Below are positions 58,058 through 64,000 of a stretch of 64,000 nucleotides of DNA, piece by piece; positions within the stretch are counted from its first letter, which is position 1; every line of letters starts with the position of its first letter. The DNA comes from a bacterium (GTDB lineage: Bacteria; Patescibacteriota; Minisyncoccia; Moranbacterales; GWC2-37-73): assembly GCA_037140955.1 (NCBI GenBank), contig JBAXDL010000005.1, forward strand, positions 12,334 through 76,333, given 5' to 3'. The notes beneath the pieces are model-generated. The model saw nothing but the letters and a program-made list of their open reading frames with translations, had not been told where the DNA came from and searched no databases. A program made the translations under genes and the position numbers.

Positions 58058-59113
58058 ATGAAACGCGATATAATTGAAATTGCCATTGGATCAGTGACTG
58101 TTATTTTTGCTTTTTGTTTTTGGCTGTTTGTGAAAAATGCCATTGTTGTTTCAACTGCAAGCACCTGGCTTGGACCAATTGTGGTGGCTTCATTTTTTTT
58201 GGTTTTTCTTTGTCTTAGCATCTTGCTTTTTCGTAGAATGATTTTTTTGGAAATTGTTTTGCTGCTCTCCTTGGCAACAAGTGCCTTTTTTGCTTTCAAT
58301 TGGTTGCAATTCGTCGTCATTGCCTTGGGTCACATCTTCATGTTTATTGCTGCTCGAAAAATCAGAAATGATATGGAACTTAATATTAAAATATCCCCAG
58401 TAAAATCTTTGCAAGCTGGAAAGACCTATCTTATTTTTGCAATATCGATCGTTGTGTGTATGCAGTATTTTTTGATTATTCGAGGATTTGAAGGTGAGAA
58501 AAAAGTGCCATATTTTGATGCTGGATTTGTTACTAAAAAAATTGCCATTCCTTTTTTGTCTTCGGTCAGTCCACAATTCAAGGCTTTGGAGAATGAGAAG
58601 TTGACTGTGGATGAGTTTGTTTTGCAATCGCAAAGTCAAATGGCAAAGGATGGTTTGACACAGGAAGAAGAAAAAATGCTGGATGAGCAATTGCCTGAAA
58701 AAATGACAGTTGCACAAAAAGAAATAATCAAAAAACAGGCCAGGGAAAATTTTTCAAACACTCAAGCTCAGATTACAGAAAAAAATAAAGTTTTGATTCT
58801 TGAAGCTGGCAGGAGACAATTTTCTGACATGGTCGGCACAAAAGTGACTGGCAATGAAAAGATTGGTGATGTTTTCACTGGACTTATAAACAATAGAGTT
58901 AATGGATATTTCAATCCAAAGGTTGGCGATGGCCAGAGCAATTCAACTCTTCCAATGATTTTGGCGATTGTTTTGTTTTTGATCGTCTTTCCTTTGGCTG
59001 TCTTGCTGTGCACTTTTTTGTTTTGGATTACTGGTTTTGTTTTGTATGTTCTGATCAAGTCAAAAGTTTTAGAGGTGAAATCCGTGATGATTTCCAAGGA
59101 AGTTTTGCAGTAA
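58058..59113 (+). CDS. hypothetical polytopic membrane protein
   Basis: 351 aa with TM helices at both ends. Confidence 0.5.
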   Translation: MKRDIIEIAIGSVTVIFAFCFWLFVKNAIVVSTASTWLGPIVVASFFLVFLCLSILLFRRMIFLEIVLLLSLATSAFFAFNWLQFVVIALGHIFMFIAARKIRNDMELNIKISPVKSLQAGKTYLIFAISIVVCMQYFLIIRGFEGEKKVPYFDAGFVTKKIAIPFLSSVSPQFKALENEKLTVDEFVLQSQSQMAKDGLTQEEEKMLDEQLPEKMTVAQKEIIKKQARENFSNTQAQITEKNKVLILEAGRRQFSDMVGTKVTGNEKIGDVFTGLINNRVNGYFNPKVGDGQSNSTLPMILAIVLFLIVFPLAVLLCTFLFWITGFVLYVLIKSKVLEVKSVMISKEVLQ

Positions 59114-59135
59114 AAACGGCTCTTTTTTGAAAAAA

Positions 59136-59162
59136 TTAGCACTCAGTCATGGGGATTGCTAA
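59136..59162 (+). promoter_or_regulatory. CIRCE operator upstream of dnaJ
   Basis: TTAGCACTC-N9-GATTGCTAA, followed by a TATAAT -10 box. Confidence 0.75.
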
Positions 59163-59217
59163 TTTTTTATTTTTGCTTTATAATAAATTGGTAATAAAAT
59201 TTAGTAAATTTATATAT

Positions 59218-60300
59218 ATGGCAAAGGATTATTATGATATTTTAGGGGTAAATAAAAACTCTACTGATGATGAAATAAAAAAGGCCTATCGAAAATTGGC
59301 ACACAAATATCATCCTGACAAGGCTGGTGGTGACAATGAGAAATTCAAGGAGATAAATTCGGCCTATCAGGTTCTTTCTGACAAGTCAAAGCGTCAACAA
59401 TATGACCAATTTGGCTCTGGTTTTGAACAGCGAGGTGGTGGATTTAGCGGAGGAGGCTTTAGCGGATTTTCATCGGCTGGTGGGCAAGATTTTGATTTTG
59501 GAGAGGGATTTGAGGACATTTTTTCTAATATTTTTGGCGGTGGAGGAGGTTCGCGAAATGCTGACATGCGCAGAGCTGGCAACGATATTCAGGTTGACAC
59601 TGAAATCACTTTTGAGGAAATGGTTGCTGGTGCTGTTCGGGAAATAAAATTATATCAAAAATTTCTTTGCGACTCTTGTCACGGTTCTGGCGGAGAGGCT
59701 GGATCAAAAGAGGAAGCTTGTCCAACTTGTCATGGTTCTGGTCAGGTGCACAAAAGTGTGAGCAGTTTTTTTGGCTCATTTTCACAGGCCTATGTTTGTC
59801 CAACTTGCCAAGGTATGGGAAAAACTTTTTCTCAAAAATGTCGCAAATGTCATGGAGATGGAAGGGTCAAACAGGAACGTAAGATTTCAGTGAAGATCCC
59901 TGCTGGAATTTCAAATGGACAAACAATTTCAATGCAAGGAGAGGGAGAGGCTGGTGAGCGCGGAGCAAAAAATGGAAATTTGTTTATTGTTGTGCATGTT
60001 ATTGCTCATGATTTGTTCACTCGCGAAGGAAATAATATTCTTTCAATTGAGCATATTCCATTTTCAAAAGCAGCGCTTGGTGACAAGATTGATGTGAAAA
60101 CCATAGATGAAACAGTGAAAATGAAAATTCCAGCTGGAACTCAGTCGGGAGAATTGTTTCGCATTAAGGGCAAAGGCGTGCCAAGTTTGGGGCGAGATTC
60201 TCGTGGTGATCATTTGGTAAAAATCGTTGTTGATGTTCCAAGAAACACTTCAAGAGAGCAAAAAAGAGTAATTGAGCAATTGCAGCAAGCAGGTTTGTAG
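59218..60300 (+). CDS. dnaJ: molecular chaperone DnaJ
   Basis: J-domain 'DYYDILGV...HPD', G/F region, four CxxCxGxG zinc motifs; start at MAKDYY. Confidence 0.95.
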   Translation: MAKDYYDILGVNKNSTDDEIKKAYRKLAHKYHPDKAGGDNEKFKEINSAYQVLSDKSKRQQYDQFGSGFEQRGGGFSGGGFSGFSSAGGQDFDFGEGFEDIFSNIFGGGGGSRNADMRRAGNDIQVDTEITFEEMVAGAVREIKLYQKFLCDSCHGSGGEAGSKEEACPTCHGSGQVHKSVSSFFGSFSQAYVCPTCQGMGKTFSQKCRKCHGDGRVKQERKISVKIPAGISNGQTISMQGEGEAGERGAKNGNLFIVVHVIAHDLFTREGNNILSIEHIPFSKAALGDKIDVKTIDETVKMKIPAGTQSGELFRIKGKGVPSLGRDSRGDHLVKIVVDVPRNTSREQKRVIEQLQQAGL

Positions 60301-60366
60301 TATAAATATTTTGTTTTTGTGAAAAGCTTCATCCTAAGGGGTGGGCTTTTTTTATTTATTATTATC

Positions 60367-60470
60367 GCATCAAGACTATTTGTTTTTGGGCACGTCACTG
60401 GTCGAAATCTATGACCACTGACTCTTGATTACTTTCATAATCAACGGCCCAAAAACAAATAGTCTTGATG
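60367..60470. repeat. perfect 25-bp inverted repeat enclosing two internal hairpins (104 nt)
   Basis: gcatcaagactatttgtttttgggc ... gcccaaaaacaaatagtcttgatgc; inner cactggtc/gaccactg and ttgatta/taatcaa stems. Confidence 0.75.
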
Positions 60471-60596
60471 CTAATGTGTGGTGTAATCTTGCTGTGTTTA
60501 TCATACATCACTATAACTATAAAAAAGAAGACAAAAAAACATAAAAGCGGTATAATTAAAAAGTAAATTGCAAAAAATAAAACTAAAATTAAAAAT

Positions 60597-62654
60597 ATGT
60601 TGAATAATCTTTTTGCTCCAAAATCAATCGCCATTGTTGGTGCTTCAAGCAAAAAAGGGAAAATAGGAACAGTGCTGGTTGATAATATTGCAAAGCTGGG
60701 ATATAAGGGCACGGTTTTCTATGTTAATCCGTCTTATAAGATTCTGAAGTTAAAGCGCTGCTACAGCGAATTGCATGATATTGAAAAACATGTTGACTTG
60801 GCAATAATTGCCGTGCCAGCCAAATTTGTGAATGATGTTATTGAAAAAAGCGCACATAAAATAAAAAATTTTGTGGTCATTTCTGCTGGCTTTTCAGAGA
60901 CAAATGCTGATGGGGTCAAAAGGGAACAAGCACTTTTGAAATTGGCAAAAAAACATGATTTGAATATTTTGGGTCCAAATTGTTTGGGCTTTATTTCAAC
61001 GGCAATAAAATTGAATGCTTCTTTTGCCGGTGGGATGCCTAATGCTGGAAATATTGCTTTTGTTTCTCAATCAGGGGCTTTGGCAGTGGCACTTATGGAC
61101 AGGGCGCAACAAGAACATATTGGTTTTTCTAATGTTATTTCTGTTGGAAACAAAATGCAACTTGATGAATCGCTATTGCTTGAATATCTTGCCAAGGATA
61201 AACAAACTAAGGTGATTGGAATGTATCTTGAAGGCATTGCTGATGGACAGAGGTTTATTGAAACAGCCAGGAGAATATCAAAAATAAAACCAATTGTAAT
61301 TCTAAAGGCCGGAAAAACAGAGAAGGCGCAAAAGGCTATTTCTTCTCACACTGGTGCCTTGGCTGGAAGTGATGATATTGTTGAGATTGCCTTTGAAAAA
61401 GCAGGTGTCATTAGGTCTAATAATTTAGAAGAATTTTTCGACTTGCTAACTTTGATTTCATTCGAGGAACCACCCAAGAATCAAAAAGTGGCCGTGATCA
61501 CCAATGCCGGCGGGGCTGGTGTACTCACTACAGATGCTTTTTTGGGAAAAGAGCTAGTGTTGGAAGATTTTTCAAAAAAAATAAAAGAGCAAATGCAAAA
61601 ATTTTTGCCAGAGGAATCATCACTTGAAAATCCTGTTGATTTACTTGGCGACGCAGCGGAAGACAGGTACAAGAATATTCTGGATGTTTTGAGTTTGCAA
61701 AAAATAGGCACAATTGTTTCAGTGCTTACCCCGCAACAACAAACTCCAGTTGAGAAAATAACAGATGTTATAATTGAAAACAAAAAACAAAGCCCAGCTG
61801 TGGTTGCAACAATTTTCATCGGAGGAACAAGGGTTAACAAATCGATTGAAAAATTAAAGAAAAATTCAATTTTAAATTTTGCTAATCCCGACAGTGCAAT
61901 TTTGGCTCTGGATAAATATTACAAATGGAGTGTTTTCAAAAAAGAAAAAGAAAGTGATGATGTTTGGCAGGCAAATGTTGCTCGTCAAAAACAAGTTGCC
62001 AAAATTATCATCGATGCCAAAGCTGAAAAAAGAACAGCACTATTCTTCTCTGAAGCAAGTTTGGTGATGAAGAAATATGGAATTTTGTCAACTGAACATT
62101 TTGAAATTATTCCTGGTCAAAATTTGCCAGAAATTAAAAATTTTCCAGTTGTGCTGAAAGTTGATAGTGATAAAGTGTTGCACAAGTCAGATAGACAGGC
62201 ATTAATACTTAACATTAAAGACAAAAATTCACTTGAAATAGCTGTAAGCAAGTTGAGAATTGATTTTGCTGAGGAGCGTTTGCTTGTGCAAACAATGCAG
62301 GACAAGCAAGTAGAAATTATTTTAGGCATAAAACGCGATAGTATTTTTGGTCCAGTTGTGGTCTATGGACTTGGTGGTATTTATACTGAAATTTTCAAAA
62401 TGGTTAACTTTATGATTCCTCCAATGTCGCTGGATAGTATTAAAAAGCAAATATTGAAAAGTAAAATAAGCTTCTTGTTTTTAGGTGCGCGTGGTCAAAA
62501 ACCCTATGACCTTGACGAATTTTCAAATGTTATTTTTGGGCTGATGAATTTTGCGCTTGAAAATGATGATGTACTTGAGTTTGATATTAATCCATTGTTT
62601 ATATATAATGATAAAAGAAAATCATGTGGAGTTGATATTAAAATAGTTATTTAG
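60597..62654 (+). CDS. ADP-forming acetyl-CoA synthetase (fused CoA-binding and ATP-grasp domains)
   Basis: 'IAIVGASSKKGKIG', 'ILGPNCLG', 'VSQSGAL' (succinyl-CoA-synthetase-alpha-like) plus C-terminal ATP-grasp. Confidence 0.85.
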   Translation: MLNNLFAPKSIAIVGASSKKGKIGTVLVDNIAKLGYKGTVFYVNPSYKILKLKRCYSELHDIEKHVDLAIIAVPAKFVNDVIEKSAHKIKNFVVISAGFSETNADGVKREQALLKLAKKHDLNILGPNCLGFISTAIKLNASFAGGMPNAGNIAFVSQSGALAVALMDRAQQEHIGFSNVISVGNKMQLDESLLLEYLAKDKQTKVIGMYLEGIADGQRFIETARRISKIKPIVILKAGKTEKAQKAISSHTGALAGSDDIVEIAFEKAGVIRSNNLEEFFDLLTLISFEEPPKNQKVAVITNAGGAGVLTTDAFLGKELVLEDFSKKIKEQMQKFLPEESSLENPVDLLGDAAEDRYKNILDVLSLQKIGTIVSVLTPQQQTPVEKITDVIIENKKQSPAVVATIFIGGTRVNKSIEKLKKNSILNFANPDSAILALDKYYKWSVFKKEKESDDVWQANVARQKQVAKIIIDAKAEKRTALFFSEASLVMKKYGILSTEHFEIIPGQNLPEIKNFPVVLKVDSDKVLHKSDRQALILNIKDKNSLEIAVSKLRIDFAEERLLVQTMQDKQVEIILGIKRDSIFGPVVVYGLGGIYTEIFKMVNFMIPPMSLDSIKKQILKSKISFLFLGARGQKPYDLDEFSNVIFGLMNFALENDDVLEFDINPLFIYNDKRKSCGVDIKIVI

Positions 62655-62702
62655 AGATAACCGTAGGATTGAATAGGGGATAAAAATATAATATACAAAA
62701 TT

Positions 62703-64000
62703 GTGGCTAAATGGATTTTTAAGGAATTGAAAGAACTTCCAGAATCTTTTCCGACCGAATTGAAAACACTCGTTTCAAAAATTTTATTTTCCAGGGGATT
62801 TTCCAGCGAAAAGGAAATTTTGCAATTTATTAATCCTGACTATAAAACAGATTCTCTTTCGCCGTTTGCTTTTGTTGACATGGAAAAGGTGGTGGAAAGG
62901 ATTGGTAAGGCTCGAGATGAAAAAGAAAATGTTATTATTTTTGGAGATTATGATGCTGATGGTGTCACTTCTTCCGCTATCTTGAAAGAAACATTTGATC
63001 TTTTAGGTATCAAATCATCGGTATATATTCCAAATAAGCAAACTGAAGGTTACAGCTTGAGTGGCGATGCCATTGATGTTTTTGCCGGAGAAAAAGTGTC
63101 ACTTATTATTAGTGTTGATTGCGGAATAACAAGTATTGATGAAGTTGAAAAGGCAAATTCATTTGGAATTGATGTTATCATTACGGATCATCATCATGTG
63201 CCTGAAAAATTGCCGCCAGCTTTTGCAATAATAAATCCGCATCAGATTAATTGCGGATATCAATTTGAAAATTTGGCAGGAGTCGGGGTTGCTTTCAAAG
63301 TTGTGCAGGCTGTTTTTGAAAGATTGATGCCGGACAAAATTGAATTTTCAAAATGGATGCTTGATTTGGTGGCAATTGGAACTATTGCCGATTGTGTGCC
63401 ACTTGTTGGCGAAAATAGACTTTTTGTGAAGTATGGTTTGGTTGTTCTTTCAAAAACCAGAAGAACAGGACTTTTGGAAATGTTTAAGGTTGGAAATATT
63501 GTCATCAATGAACTTGAAATTCCTGACACAAAAAAAGTTTCTTTTTATATCGCACCTCGCATTAATGCTGCTGGCAGGGTTAATCATGCCAGCTTGTCCT
63601 ATAATCTTGTGATGGAGAAAAATCCAATTCTTGCTCGTGATTTTGCATTAGAATTGGAGGAAAGTAACACGCACAGGCAAAAAATCACAGAGGTTATTGT
63701 TGATGAGGTGAAAATCTTGGCGGAAAGCAAATTCAAGGACAAAAAGTTTATTTTTGCCGAAAGTGAGCATTTTCAAATTGGAATTGTGGGCTTGGTGGCT
63801 GGAAAAATAACTCAAAAATATAACAAACCAACTGCTATTTTTCAAAAAAATGAAAAAATAAGCAAAGGATCTTTCCGTAGTATTCCACAGATAAACATTA
63901 TTGAAACGATTGGTGAGTGTAGTGAATTGCTTGAAAGATTTGGTGGTCATTCTCAAGCTGCTGGCGTGAGTGTGGCTAATGAGAATTTGGAAAAGTTTTG
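62703..64000 (+). CDS. recJ: single-stranded-DNA-specific exonuclease RecJ, 3'-truncated at window edge
   Basis: DHH motifs 'IIFGDYDADGVTSSA', 'ITDHHH'; frame open to the end of the window; start uncertain (GTG 62703), so absent from the ORF track. Confidence 0.8.
   Translation, partial: MAKWIFKELKELPESFPTELKTLVSKILFSRGFSSEKEILQFINPDYKTDSLSPFAFVDMEKVVERIGKARDEKENVIIFGDYDADGVTSSAILKETFDLLGIKSSVYIPNKQTEGYSLSGDAIDVFAGEKVSLIISVDCGITSIDEVEKANSFGIDVIITDHHHVPEKLPPAFAIINPHQINCGYQFENLAGVGVAFKVVQAVFERLMPDKIEFSKWMLDLVAIGTIADCVPLVGENRLFVKYGLVVLSKTRRTGLLEMFKVGNIVINELEIPDTKKVSFYIAPRINAAGRVNHASLSYNLVMEKNPILARDFALELEESNTHRQKITEVIVDEVKILAESKFKDKKFIFAESEHFQIGIVGLVAGKITQKYNKPTAIFQKNEKISKGSFRSIPQINIIETIGECSELLERFGGHSQAAGVSVANENLEKF

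Noticed and set aside
60318-60355. Possible dnaJ terminator (aagcttcatcctaaggggtgggcttttttt)
   Set aside because: A T-run is present but no convincing stem (only 4 bp); termination may instead use the downstream 25-bp inverted-repeat structure.
60395-60712. 105-aa minus-strand ORF overlapping the 25-bp inverted repeat and the 5' end of the acetyl-CoA synthetase gene
   Set aside because: No RBS; it overlaps a high-confidence plus-strand CDS and a palindromic element; composition is typical of an antisense artefact.
1-64000. CRISPR arrays, rRNA or tRNA genes
   Set aside because: No run of evenly spaced direct repeats with unique spacers and no rRNA-like conserved blocks; the only multi-copy repeats (4 copies of the roughly 80-nt element) are dispersed in separate intergenic regions, not arrayed.

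Overview
This 64-kb window from a low-GC, gene-dense bacterium is almost entirely plus-strand coding, with one minus-strand block at about 46.4-51.7 kb. Short genes, a SecD carrying a fused PPIase domain, a short AlaS, an ADP-forming acetyl-CoA synthetase and a short HrcA are consistent with a Patescibacteria/CPR-like lineage, but that assignment is inference. Housekeeping genes I recognise are secA, secD, secF, pheS, pheT, murB, hpf, xseA, xseB, mnmA, alaS, rplU, recR, dnaB, cysS, yidD, recJ (partial), and an hrcA-grpE-dnaK cluster with dnaJ in its own unit, each unit preceded by a CIRCE operator. Also present are two P-type ATPases, a GGDEF diguanylate cyclase, a NUDIX hydrolase, a GT2 glycosyltransferase, a membrane metallophosphoesterase, an M16 and an HExxH metallopeptidase, a CorA-like transporter and a FabZ-like dehydratase. 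An accessory-looking block at 27.2-36.4 kb holds an operon of a sigma-r4/HARE-HTH protein, a membrane protein and a T4CP/HerA-like ATPase with a C-terminal zinc ribbon, followed by a Pif1/RecD-like helicase and several hypotheticals. The most concrete unexplained signals are a roughly 80-nt intergenic element with covarying terminal inverted repeats present in four copies (one inverted), a perfect 25-bp inverted repeat after dnaJ, a parvulin domain embedded in SecD, a shared 5'-UTR motif on the two metallopeptidase genes, and a triple Shine-Dalgarno leader with an upstream ORF. I found no rRNA, tRNA or CRISPR array.
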